Source of the DNA: the human T2T-CHM13v2.0 reference genome, Homo sapiens
Assembly (NCBI RefSeq): GCF_009914755.1
Contig: NC_060935.1
Direction: 5' to 3' (one strand)
Length of the DNA: 64,000 nucleotides
A program made the translations under genes and the position numbers. This document shows, piece after piece, positions 1 to 20,951 of this stretch. The notes below the pieces were generated by a model. It saw only the letters and a program-made list of their open reading frames with translations. It ran no database searches and was not told the origin of the DNA. Numbering within the stretch: position 1 is the first letter of the stretch; each line of letters opens with the position of its first letter.

Positions 1-280
1 CTGATAAGACTAAAAGGAAATGATCACCCAGGAGCAGTGGCTCATGCCTATAATCCAAGCACTTTGGGAGGCTGAGACCAGTGGCTTGCTTGGGCCCAAG
101 AGTTCCAGACCAACCTAAGCCACATGTCAAAACCCCATCTCAATTAAAAAAAAAAATAGGAGATGTTCCTCGTTGGAAATGTATGAGTCATTTTTGGGCC
201 ACCCCTTCTGCAGCACACACTAATGGGATTTTTAAAATACATTTTTGTCTAGGACGAGTATTTAGCATTGCATTTTTTAG

Positions 281-454
<174 letters not shown>

Positions 455-1166
455 TAAACTTTTTGTAGAGATGGGCTCCCACTATGTTGAACTCCTGGGC
501 TCAAGTGATCCTCCTGCCTGGGCCTCTCAAAATGCTGGGATTACAGGCAGGAGACACCATACTTGGCCAGCATTGCGTTTTTGTTTACTTTTTAAAAATT
601 TTTTTGTAGAGATGGGATCTGGTTTTCTGCCCAGGCTGGTCTCAAACTCCTGACTTCAAGTGATCCTCCTGCCTCTTCCTCCTAAATTGCTGAGATTACA
701 GGCATGGACCACCATACCTGGCCAGCATTGCATTTTTTTTTTTTTTGAGATGGAGTCTCGCTCTGTCACCCAGACTGGAGTGCAGTGGCCAGATCTTGGC
801 CTCCCCCCGGTTCACGCCACTGTCCTGCCTCAGCCTCTCGAGTAGCTGGGACCACAGGCGCCCACCACCACGCCCGGCTAATTTTTTGTATTTTTAGTAG
901 AGACAGGGTTTTACCGTGTTAGCCAGGATGGTCTCGATCGCCTGACCTCGTGATCTGCCCGCCTCGGCCTCCCAAAGTGCTGGGATTACAGGTGTGAGCC
1001 ACCACGCCCAGCCCAGCATTGCATTTTAAAAAGCATTCACTCTTCAGAGAAATGTGAGAAAAAAAGAAAGAAAAATAAATAAGTAAATAAAATAAAAGCA
1101 TTCACTCATTAAATATAAAGTTTTAAATATATCACAATTTTTATAATCTTGGTTTGACATTTCTTA

Positions 1167-1607
<441 letters not shown>

Positions 1608-2188
1608 TCATAAAAAGGTTCTGTATATTATATAAGGTATTTAAAATAGTCAAATTCATAGAAACAAAAAGTATCACAGTAATTGCCAGGGACTTGGGGG
1701 TGGGGAAACTGATAATCTGTTGAATGGGTTCATTCTGCAAGATGAAAAAGTTCTGGAGATGAGTTGCACAATGATGTAAATATACTTAACACTACTGAAC
1801 TGTACACTTACCAATGATTAAGATGGTAAATTATATGTTATGTGTGTTCTACCACAGTTAAATTTTTTTACTCTTAAAAATTTTTTTAAGTTGTCTATAA
1901 ATTAGTTGCTGCTGCTATTTTTTATTAATACTACTAACAGTAATTATATACTGTCTTTCTTTAAATATGTATTGAGTATTCACTATGTGTCAGGTGCTGT
2001 GTAGACCCTAGAGAGCTTTTTAACTTATATGGTGAATAAATATAATATGATGGCCAGGCACGATGGCTCACATCTATAACCCCAACACTTTTGGAGGCCA
2101 AGGTGGGAGGATTGCTTAAGGCCAGAAGTTTGAGGTGACCAGCCTAGACAACATAGTGAGACCATGTCTCTACAAAAAACATTAATTA

Positions 2189-2506
<318 letters not shown>

Positions 2507-2656
2507 TCAGCCAGGTGTGGTGGTACACACCTATAGTCCCAGCTATTCAGAAGGCTGAGGTGGGAAGATCACTTGGAGCCTAGGAGGTAGAGGTTGCAGT
2601 GAGCTGAGATCACACAACCGCACTCCAGCCTGGGTGACAGAGTGAGACCGTGTCTC

Positions 2657-2700
2657 AAAAAAATAAAATAAAATAAAATAAAATAAAATAAAATAAATAA
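2657..2700 (+). repeat. (AAAAT)n microsatellite in Alu tail
   Basis: Seen directly. Confidence 0.9.
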
Positions 2701-3351
2701 AGATATGATTTCTTCATTTTAAACTACAAAACACTGCTGACAGAAATTTTAAAAGGCCTAAATAAAAGGAGAGATATGCCATTTTTGTGGATTCAGACTC
2801 AATTTTGTTAAGAGGTAAACTCAATTTGATCGAATAGAGTCATTAAAATCCTAAGAATAAGTCAAATCGGTTATTTTTGTGGAAATTGAGTTGATTTTTA
2901 AGAATTATGTGAAAAAGCAAAGATCTAGAAGAACAAAAGCAGTCTTGAAAAAGCAAAACAGCTGGGCACAGCAGCTCATGCCTGTAATTCCAGCAGTTTG
3001 GGAGGCCAAGGCAGGCATATTATTTGATGTCAGCAGTTCAAAACTGGCCTGGCCAACATGGTGAAACCCTGTCTATACTAAAAATACAAAAATTAGCTGG
3101 GCATGGTGGGAGGTGCCTGTAATCCCAGCTACTCGGGAGGCTGAGGCAGGAGAATCACTTGAACCCAGGAAGCAGAGGTTGCAGTGAGCCAAGATTTGTG
3201 CCACTGCACTCCAGCCCGGGTGACAGAGCAAGACTCCATCTCAAACAACAACAACAAAAAACACACCAAAGTTGGAGAATTCATTACCTGACTTTAAGAC
3301 TTACTATAAAGCTTAATAATCAAGCTTAAACACAAATATTACCAAATCTAA

Positions 3352-4140
3352 CTGTTCTAGTTATTTATTATTGTGTAACAAACTATCCTAAAATAGTGGC
3401 TTAAAAACAATAACATGGCCAGGCACAGTGGCTCATGCCTGTAATCCTAGCACTTAGCACTTAGGAGGTGAAGGTGGGAGGATTGCTTAAGGCCAGGAGT
3501 TCAAGACCAGCCTGGGCAATATAGCAAGACCCGATCTCTACCAAATACAAACTAACAAATAAATAGCCGGGAGTGGTGGTGCATGCCTATAGCCCCAACT
3601 ACTTGCGAGGCTGAGGCCAGAGGATTGCTTGAGCCCAGGAGTTTGAGGCTGCAGTGAGCTATGATCACCACTGTACTCCAGCCCGGGTGACAGAGGGAGA
3701 CTCTGTCTCAAACAAACAAAACTCAATAACATTTATTTTGCTCATGAACCTGGGGGCTGACTGGGCTCAGCTGAACAGTTCTCACTTGGGTTCTGCCATG
3801 AAGATGCAGTCAGCTGGTGGCTGGGACTGGAGTCATCTCCAAGGCATCCTCACTCACATGTCTGGCACCCAAGCCAGGACCCACTCAAACAGCTGGGGGC
3901 TGGAAGAGCTGAGGCCCCTCCTCTCTCTCTATGTAACCTTTCCAAATATGGACCTCAAGGGGACCAGACATCCTACAAGGCAGCTGTAGGAACAATGAAC
4001 ATCCAGAGAGCCAGGTGGAAATAACATGGCTTTAATAATCTAGACTTGGAAGTTAACCAGCGTCACTTTCTCCTCATTCTATCCATTAGAAGTCAGTGCC
4101 TGAGGACAGCCCATATTCAAAGGCAGAGGAATTAGACTCT
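3352..4140. mobile_element. MaLR (MLT1-type) LTR fragment split by an Alu
   Basis: MLT1-like text (tgtgtaacaaactatcc...agtggcttaaa, ctgggctcagctg, ggctcattcacatg-like); Alu 3417..3722 flanked by aataacat duplication. Confidence 0.6.
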
Positions 4141-4255
4141 GTACATTAAAAAAAAAAAAAAAAAAAAGCACGGTGGCTCACGTCTGTAATCCCAGCACTT
4201 TGGGAGGCCGAGGTGGGTGGATCACAAGGTCAGGAGATCGAGACCATCCTGGCTA

Positions 4256-5078
<823 letters not shown>

Positions 5079-6736
5079 TTAGCCACAGTGGGAGGTGCAT
5101 GAGAAGGCAAGAAACCTGAGTGAGGGCTGGAACTTTTCCCCACCTCATATAAAGTCTGAGCCTTACTTGACTGGATGAGATTCTGCCATCTGGCCTTTGC
5201 TTCCGTGCCTTTGGAACATGCTGTTCCCACTGACTGGGCTGCTCTTCTTCTCTCTCATCTGGCCATCTCCTGCTCATTCTTTAGGCTCAGCTTAGGCATT
5301 TGCTCCTCCAGAAAGCCTCCCTCCATCCTCAATCCTGGGTCAAGAGCTTCTTCCACTGGATTTCATAACTCCCTGTCCTCTGCCCTTTCTCAATGCTCAC
5401 TGGTGTCTGTCTCATTGCTGCGTATTTACGTGTTCATCCCTTTTCCTCTTTCTAAAGTGTAAGCTCCTTGGGGGCACAAGGGAGTATTTTGTACTCCTTT
5501 GTATCCATAGCGCCCTAGTAAAGGTGATGGATGATTTAAGCAAGAGGATGGAATATTCCTGAGCTATGTCAGGACTCAAAGCCTCACAAGGAAGCAGCTG
5601 CAAGATCTCTCACTTTGTCCCAAGGTCTCCTGCGTCACCTCCCTGCACAGGCAAACCAGAGCTGGGCAAAGCACATCTGATGGTGTGATTAGTAGTTCCT
5701 TAGTGGGAGTAGCCAACACTGCAATCTGCTCAACCATGGCCTCCCCTCCAATCTCCCCAAATCAGCCAACTCCTCTTTCCAGTTCCTCTCTGGGAGTAGA
5801 CTGACCTGCTTCCCACTAAAACCACAGACCTGATAATAGGAGAAAAAAAAATAAGGGTCGAGAGTAGGACAATTGGTGGCAACGAGATGAACACAGATTA
5901 ATGATGCAGACCTCGCCCTGGCCTCCCCAGCCTAAGCTGGGGAAGGTTCATAGTTGATACCCATTAAAGGGCTTAATGAAATAATTATAATTCACACCCC
6001 AGAGCATCTGAGAATCAATACTGGGGAACTTTGAGCCACTCTGGGGGTGGCACCCCACTGGCTGCACAGTTCAGCGCAGCAGGCAGAGCTGGTGGAAGTA
6101 AATGCAGTTGACACGGAAGTTGCATTAAAAGAGGGCAATAATAGATTAAAAGCTGCCAGGATCCTGGCGACTGGCCGTCGATATCCTTTATTCCCTATCT
6201 CGCCCCAATTCTGCCCCCTCTGTGCACTATTAGCCCAAATCGATGGGCTGTCAATTGACATCACTGGCTACAGCATTAATGCAAGCTCACAAAAGAAGCC
6301 CGACCCTAGATTATCACTTCTCTCGCTTCCAAATTACAACATAATGCAGGCCGCGGGCAGCTTGTGACATGTTAACACTATACACGATTTGTTGGGATTG
6401 GACTAAACATTTCATAGCTAAAGATTTCATCAGAGACTTGATGACAGGAATAAACTGCTGCCCACGGGGAAATCACTGGAAATAATAGAATTAGGCATTG
6501 TTTGGGAATCCGGAGGGACGCTGGAGGGACGAGGAAGGATGTCGGGGAGCAGGACCTATAGCTGGTGGCCTGCTGTGGGAGCAGCTTCAGGGAAAGAGAT
6601 GGCAATTAAAAGGCCTTTTTGTTGGTCCCACTAAAGGACAGGTATTTGGATCTTGTCTAGGGCTTACGTACTTTCTATTTTTGTGCAAAAGCTGGGAAGG
6701 GAATTTCTCTTCAGTGATAACAGGGAATATAACTGC

Positions 6737-7490
6737 TGTGGGTCAAATTGTGTCCTTTCTCCCTGCGGTCCACCCAAATATGTTGAAGTCCTAATCCCCA
6801 GAACCTCAGAATGTGACCTTCCTTATTTGGAAATGGGGGTCTCTTACAGAGGTAATCAAGTTATAATGAGGTGCAGTAGGACATGTGTTCCTATAGAAAG
6901 GGGAACTTTGGGCTGGGCATGGTGGCTCATGCCTGTAATCCCAGCACTTTGGGAGGCCGAGGCAGGCAGATCGCTTTGAGCTCAGGAGTTTGAGACCAGC
7001 CTGAGCAATATGAAGAAACCCAGTGTCTACAAAAAAAAAATGTTTTAAATTAGCCAAGTGAGGTGTCTCACGTCTATAGTCCCAGCTACTTAGGGGGCTG
7101 AGACTGGAGAATTGCTTGAGCCTGGGAAGCAGAGGTTGCAGTCAGCCGAGACTGTGCCACTGCACTCCAGCCTGGGCAACAGAGTGAGACCCTGTCTCAA
7201 AAAAAGAGGGGAGGGGAGTGGTGGGAATCTGGACACAGAGACAGACAGGTACAGAGAGATGATGTGAAGACACACAGAAAGAAGACAGCCATGTGACTGG
7301 AGTGATGCAAGAAACACCTGAAGCTACTAGAAGCTCATAGAGAGGCATTGGACAGTTCCCTCCTTTAAAGGAAGCATGGCCCTACTGACACCTTGATGTC
7401 AGGCCTCTAGCCGCCAGTAGATTTCTGTTGTTTTAAGCTACACAGTTGTTGGAACTTTGCTACAGCAACCTTAGGAAACAATACTAATTA
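6737..7490 (+). mobile_element. MaLR (MLT1-type) LTR split by Alu 6911..7205
   Basis: tatgttgaagtcctaatccccagaacctcagaatgtgacc...ttatttggaaat and terminal ttctgttgttttaagc...tacagcaaccttaggaaac motifs typical of MLT1. Confidence 0.7.
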
Positions 7491-7602
7491 TTACAATCTA
7501 ATAGTGATAATAGCCCCCATTTATTGAGCATCTCTGAGAGTCTGGCAAAGACTGGCTAATTTCATCCTCATAACAAAATAATGGTTGAGTATTATAACCC
7601 CC

Positions 7603-9688
<2,086 letters not shown>

Positions 9689-9692
9689 GGTC

Positions 9693-10109
9693 TGGACCCA
9701 GCAGAATGGCTCTTGCAGAGAAGGGCGGTGAGAAGGACCATTCTGCCATCAGCGGAGGTGATCATCTGAGACTCCACCATCAACATTTACATGCGTACCC
9801 GTGAAGTGGGCTTCAAAAAGGGTGCCCCTTGGGCACTCAGAGAGATCCGGAAATTGGCCATGGAGATGCGGACTCCAGATGTACACATTGATATCAGGCT
9901 TAACAAAACTGTCTGGGCCAAAGGAATAAGGAATGTCCCATACTATATCCATATCCATGTGCACAGAAAACATGAGGATGAAGATTCACCAAAAACAGCG
10001 CTGTACCTATGTACCTGTTACCACTTTCAAAAATGTATAGACCGTCAACATGGATGAGCGCTAACTGTTGATTATAAAATAAAAGTATAAAACTACCAAA
10101 AAAAAAAAA
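9693..10109 (+). pseudogene. Processed RPL31 pseudogene
   Basis: ATG at 9706; degenerate MA.A.KGGEK...[36 protein letters not shown]...EDEDSP with frameshifts; AATAAA at 10078 and poly(A) tail to 10109. Confidence 0.93.
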
Positions 10110-10135
10110 GCCCAGTAAACCCAGCACAGCCATGA

Positions 10136-10366
<231 letters not shown>

Positions 10367-10589
10367 TAGTAGAGATGAGATTTTGCCATGTTGCCCAGGC
10401 TGCTCTTGAATTCCTGGCCTCAAGCAATCCACCCACCTCAGCCTTCAGCTGAGCAATATTGTTCTTCCTCATCCATGTTCCCAATTACAATGGTAGGCCT
10501 TTGTCTCTGTCTCTGTCTCGCTTTCTCTTTTCTCCTTGCAGGGGAAACCAGCCCTACGCCTCTTTCTTTTTCAGTTAATATATGTATTT

Positions 10590-11570
<981 letters not shown>

Positions 11571-12565
11571 CTTGGCAACATGGCAAAACCCCATCTCTAC
11601 ACAAAAAAGTACAAAATTAGCTGGCCGTGGTGGCATGCGCTTGTGGTTCCAGTTACTCAGTAAGAGGATCACTTGAGCCCAGGAGGCGGAGGCTGCAGTG
11701 AGCTGTGATCATGAAACTGCATCCCAGCTTGAGTGACAGAGCAAGACCCTGTCTAAATAATAATAATAATAAAATAAAATAAATAAAAAATTGAGCTGGC
11801 TGCATGCTCTGAATGTTCTGTGCTGTGGCCCAGTGTTCTAGGACAGGCCCCATTGCTCCAGGCAGGCCCTGACAGTCTTATACTGCAGACTAGCTACACT
11901 GTCTCTGTTCATCCCACTGACTCCACATAGTGCCCAGATCTCAGGGGCAATGTAAAGACCTTTATTCCGGTCAAGATCTTGGCAATTCTGTTATTGCCAA
12001 CTTTCCTTTACCCAAATCTGCTCCAGGTTTGATCACTTTCTTCTCATCACATGCAACTCTAATGTTGGCTCCCCACCCTGCAAGGAACAGAGAGTGAGTC
12101 TGAGCTCATCCAGCAACCACCCTCCCACTCTTCCAAGAGAGATGATCATGAGCAGACTATTATAAAGCACAAAGGGAGCACATTCTACCCTCTTGGGTAC
12201 CTGCTCCACCCACCCCTTTTTATTCATTCACTTGACAAATATATGTTGCTTATGTGCCAGACACTGGGAACACAGGTGTGCACACAGGTGCTTCTCCATT
12301 CTTGGGTGAGCTTCCTGAGGAATTTAAGCATTTCACCAAAGTGTGTTGAGAAACCCAGAAGCAGTTCAGGGGGATGAGGGAAATAATATGGGGACTTAAA
12401 CTAGCCAGTGTGGCTCCGGAAAGGCTATATTCTCTGAGCTTTTTCTTCACCTCACCCTCTGTATTCTAAACCTGTCTGTATTACCCATCCCTCCATACCC
12501 ATTGCCCAAGTATCCTGAGATCTCAACTCAAGCCATTACTCCCACCTAAGCAGGGCACTTGCTCA

Positions 12566-12858
<293 letters not shown>

Positions 12859-13044
12859 TCAAAAAAAAAAAAAAAAAAAAGGAGAAAAAGAATGCTTTGC
12901 CTGGAAGGTAATTGTGGATATTTAGAGCTGACTTCCTTTTCCTTCTTCATTATTTGCTGTGCTTCCAGCTAGAAAGCACAACAAACAGCACAGACAATGC
13001 TACAGCAGCTTCCCCCGGGGTACTCTGATAGTTTTATAAATAGC

Positions 13045-13063
13045 TACTGCCATCTAGTGGACA
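13045..13063 (-). promoter_or_regulatory. CTCF binding motif
   Basis: Minus strand TGTCCACTAGATGGCAGTA matches the core CCASYAGRKGGCRS with no mismatch, in non-repetitive sequence. Confidence 0.75.
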
Positions 13064-13322
13064 AAGATGACTACATCAGTACGTAGACCCACAGATACGG
13101 AAACTCTCAGCGTTTCTATTTATGTCCTGCAACCACTTCATCCCACCTTAATGGAATCCAAAAGACCACTTTTCCTTTGAAAGCCTAAAGCCTGGAACAT
13201 TGTAAGTACTCAATATAGTTTGGACAAAGGATTTTTCACGGGCATTGTCATTTTTTAATTTTATATGTAACAAATATTGTAGTAATATTGTTGGATAATT
13301 TTATTATTGTGGCTTTATACTA

Positions 13323-13823
<501 letters not shown>

Positions 13824-16095
13824 CTAGGTCATGGAGTTTCCTCTTATAAACTCAAACCTCCTTACAGTAACTTGCAAAAGCAAATTTTGCCACCGTGTAG
13901 ATTTGTGCATGCACAGCCAGAGCATCCAAACATCCCTCCATTGTAAGGTTATTTGGAGAATCAAATAAGGGGAGAAGCAATTGCCATTAACTCGAAATTC
14001 AATGGGAAGTGGTAGACACTGCTGTCCCTATGGTTACCTTCTCTTTCTCTAAGCCTTACCTAACAGCTAATTAGACATTTATAGGGTTTAAACATCTTTA
14101 CTGGTTTTTTAAACTACTAGCCCACAGCAGAACCCTAATTACAAACAATAGGCCAGGCACAGTGGCTCACACCTGTAATCTCGGCACTTTGGGAGGTCAA
14201 GGTGGGGCAAACCATTTTGAGGTCAAAAATTCAAGACCAGCCTGGCAACATGGCAAAACTCCCGCTCTATAGAAAATATGAAAATTAGCTGGGCATGGTG
14301 TCCCAGCTAGTCAGGTGGGAGAATGCAAAGGTGGGAGGATGCAAAGGTGGGAGGCAAAGTCTGCAGTGAGATCGCACCACTGCACTCCAGCCTAGGTAAG
14401 GGAGGCTGGAGGCTCTCAAAAAAAAAAAAAAAATCCATTTCCCCAGATTAGACTATGTGATGACATTAAGTGTCCACCTGAGCCTCAGTATCATCTATAA
14501 ACACATTCTGGTTTATAAATAGATGAAAGTATAATACGAATAACTGAGAAAACCTAGCAAATATTAATTCCCACCTTCCCAGGCCCCAATTCCTTGCTAT
14601 ACATTACACATGTCCAACAAGTTATTATCTGTATAGGGGAAACATTGCCATATTTACTCCTCTAATTTTGTGTTTTGCTAATGAACATTAAGCTAACATT
14701 AACCTGAAGTTCAAAAATTTACAGTAACAGCTACCACTGAAAACCTTCCACATATTTTTAAGATTCCACATGAAACGAGATCAAAGTATATTTACCCTTT
14801 AGTCTCGTTGAGTCAAGGCATCAAAAAAGTTTGTAGCATCTCAAATACATGGTATGGCCATGTGCAGTGACATACACCTGTAGAGCCAGCTACTTGGAAC
14901 TAAGGCTGGGTGACCACTTGGACCCAGGAGTTCCAGTCCAGCCTGCACAAGTGATAACACACCCCTATGGAAAACTGAAGCCCAGGTAAGATTCTCACCC
15001 AAACAAAAGAAACATGCCAAAAACGTGCATTGCTGTCAGGTGCAGTGACTCACACCTGTAATCCCAGCATTTTGGGAGGCCGAGGCGGGTGCACCACCTG
15101 AGGTAGGGAGATAAGCCTGACCAACATGGAGAAACCTCATCTCTACTAAAAAATACAAATTAGCCAGGAATGGTGGCGCATGGCTGTAATCCCAGCTACT
15201 TGGGAGGCTGAGGCAGGAGAATCCCTTGAACCCAGGAGACAGGGTTTGCACCATTGCAATGAGATCGTGCTATTGCACTACAGCCTGGGCAACAAGAGTA
15301 AAACCCTTCAAAAAAAGAAGTGTGTACTACTTGTCATTTTTTGTAACCTTGGAGAAAATATGGAATGAGAAGTATATCAAATCGTGCTACAAATTCCCAC
15401 TGAGATACCCAGACATTAGTAGCCCTTCAGTACCAAAGAGAAAAACTGCAGCTCCTCCATGAATTAGCTTTTTGGCATATGCTAAGATTAGCTAGTCCAC
15501 TGAAATCTGTCACGTACGTAATGACAGGTAACAGCCTGCTCCCCTAGGCTATCACAACTCACTGTTGGGACCTTAATTAACCAGGTGGCAGCTTAGCTCC
15601 ATCCCCGACCTTCTGAATAATCTTAACTCAGGAAGAAATGGAAGCCCACAGGGCAGTGGCTCATATAAGGGATTGACATTCAGATACCTCTGCCATGTAG
15701 CTTAATATTCACTGCCCATTATTTGATTCTGATCTCTAAATTCTTACTCATCTAGCACAACCCTCCAGGAAAGCCTCTGCTCCTAGGCAGGCTTACACAC
15801 AGAATAAGTTTAGAAAACACCATTAAGTCAGCTTTCTGCCTCTCCAGCCTAAGGACTAAGGTTAGTTTGATCCAGATCCAATTTCTTATGCTCCCCTTCT
15901 CAAAGCTCTGAATTCCAAAATGTACCATCCACAATGCTCTGAAGGGCAACTTGCCACCCAGCCCTTGTTAACTCAAGCTTAAGAGGAAGGAGAAAGTAAG
16001 AGTCACATAATCACCTAAGCCTACTTCTCCCACCAGCTGGCCTGGGAGATTATTTAAAGACTCAAAGCAATTGTATGGTGCCAATTTTAAATAGT

Positions 16096-16101
16096 TTTAT
16101 T
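16096..16101 (-). terminator. HSPA8: HSPA8 polyadenylation signal AATAAA (cleavage ~16078)
   Basis: tttatt on + strand ~215 nt after the stop codon. Confidence 0.9.
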
Positions 16102-16315
16102 TAAGACATTGCATTTTCCACTTACAATACAGTGTTTATAAAGTGCAATGTTATTTCCTTCCCCTGTGCATATGTTCCATATTCAAGTATTGAGAATGCC
16201 CAGTAACTTACTATAGCAGCTTAACTTTTTAAAACTGCCACAGAATTTGCTACGAATTTAGGTCCTTCAAATGTTTTAAATGTGTGGAACAATGCTACAT
16301 CTACACTTGGTTGGC

Positions 16316-19908
<3,593 letters not shown>

Positions 19909-20122
19909 GGTTGCTGAAAAAAAGAAAAATCTGGTTTAAAAATTCAATTAATCAAAATATTTCCCTCATCCCTTAACAGAACACTTAACCAGGAAAAACG
20001 TATGGCCACTGCCAAGAGGTAATAGTGCCCATCACCTCCTGTCTAAGCACGCGCGAGGTCCAGAACTAGTGCTGCAGTCCAGGTTGCCGTGCCAACCGCA
20101 GCAGAGCACGCCCTAGATGAAG

Positions 20123-20268
20123 GACCCATCTACCCAGACGGCGTGGGGCGTTGCTCAACACGTGGTCTTACCCCGAACTGAGCACTGTCTGTTCCCCTCC
20201 CTCGCCAGGTGCCAGTGCCCCCGGGAGTCAACGGGCTTTTAACTACTCCGGAATGTACCCCCATACTG
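20123..20268 (-). repeat. 146-nt duplicated element, copy A (HSPA8 intron 1)
   Basis: Manual alignment to 19016..19161: 127/147 identical columns. Confidence 0.95.
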
Positions 20269-20647
20269 GAAGCACGCCAAGAACAGCTCTGAAGAACCAC
20301 GGTGGCACTGGACTAAGCAGGGAACTGGGTGAAAGAAAACGCTGGCTCCACTTCCCCGCGCGCCAGGCAAACCGATGCAGCAACCCTCCCCCGCCACGCG
20401 GCCGCCGGGCGTCTCCCAGCCTCCCCTGGGGCCACTGCGGCCCACTCCCTACATTTCCGTCCTGCCGGCTGCAACCAAATACCGCTGCCATCCCACCGAA
20501 AACTGAGGCCCTTTAAGCCGGTAGAAGGAGCCGCACACTCGCCTCGACGAGATTCTCAGAACCCCCAAGCCTCAGCAAGCCCAACAGGCCTGTGTGGAGG
20601 CTGCACGCTCCCAGACCCACAACCCAACTCTTGAGCAGAGGTTTTAC

Positions 20648-20720
20648 CTGGGGTGTAGGCCTGGCTCCAATAACGAAAGAAGCCACAAAAAATCCAAGAG
20701 CTGCAGGCGAGTTCAATGAG
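20648..20720 (-). other. HSPA8: HSPA8 non-coding exon 1 (5'UTR), TSS ~20720
   Basis: Inr-like CTCATT ~28-32 nt downstream of TATAAGA; donor CCCCAG|GTAAAA at 20648/20647. TSS position approximate. Confidence 0.9.
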
Positions 20721-20745
20721 ACCGGTTTCCGCCCGCCACCCTGCC

Positions 20746-20752
20746 TCTTATA
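20746..20752 (-). promoter_or_regulatory. TATA-like box TATAAGA of HSPA8
   Basis: ~30 nt upstream of the inferred TSS. Confidence 0.85.
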
Positions 20753-20761
20753 CCCTATCTT

Positions 20762-20776
20762 AGAACCTTCCAGAAG
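20762..20776. promoter_or_regulatory. Proximal heat-shock element (HSF1)
   Basis: aGAAc-cTTCc-aGAAg: three perfect alternating nGAAn units adjacent to the TATA box. Confidence 0.9.
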
Positions 20777-20814
20777 GGGCCCGCCCCTGCTGCCTGCCAT
20801 TACGGCTTCCCCGG

Positions 20815-20849
20815 CCAATAGACGCCCGGCTGCCCTTACAAGACCCAAT
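20815..20849 (+). promoter_or_regulatory. Two CCAAT (NF-Y) boxes 30 bp apart, inverted relative to HSPA8
   Basis: ccaat at 20815..20819 and 20845..20849; GC boxes ccgccc at 20729 and 20781. Confidence 0.75.
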
Positions 20850-20936
20850 CACAAGCCCGGCTCCACTCCTCGGGCCTCGCCCCCTTCCGCACCCACCCCA
20901 CCGCGCTCCGCCTCACGATAACGCACTCACCGCAGC

Positions 20937-20951
20937 GTTCTGGAACTTTCA
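20937..20951. promoter_or_regulatory. Distal heat-shock element
   Basis: gTTCt-gGAAc-tTTCa: three perfect alternating units. Confidence 0.85.

Noticed and set aside
20550-20562. agaTTCtcaGAAc in intron 1 as a third HSE
   Set aside because: The spacing between TTC and GAA is 3 nt instead of 2, and there are only two units.
20675-20700. Possible differences from the reference HSPA8 5'UTR and a synonymous Ala587 codon
   Set aside because: Based only on memory of the reference; cannot be verified here and most likely common SNPs.
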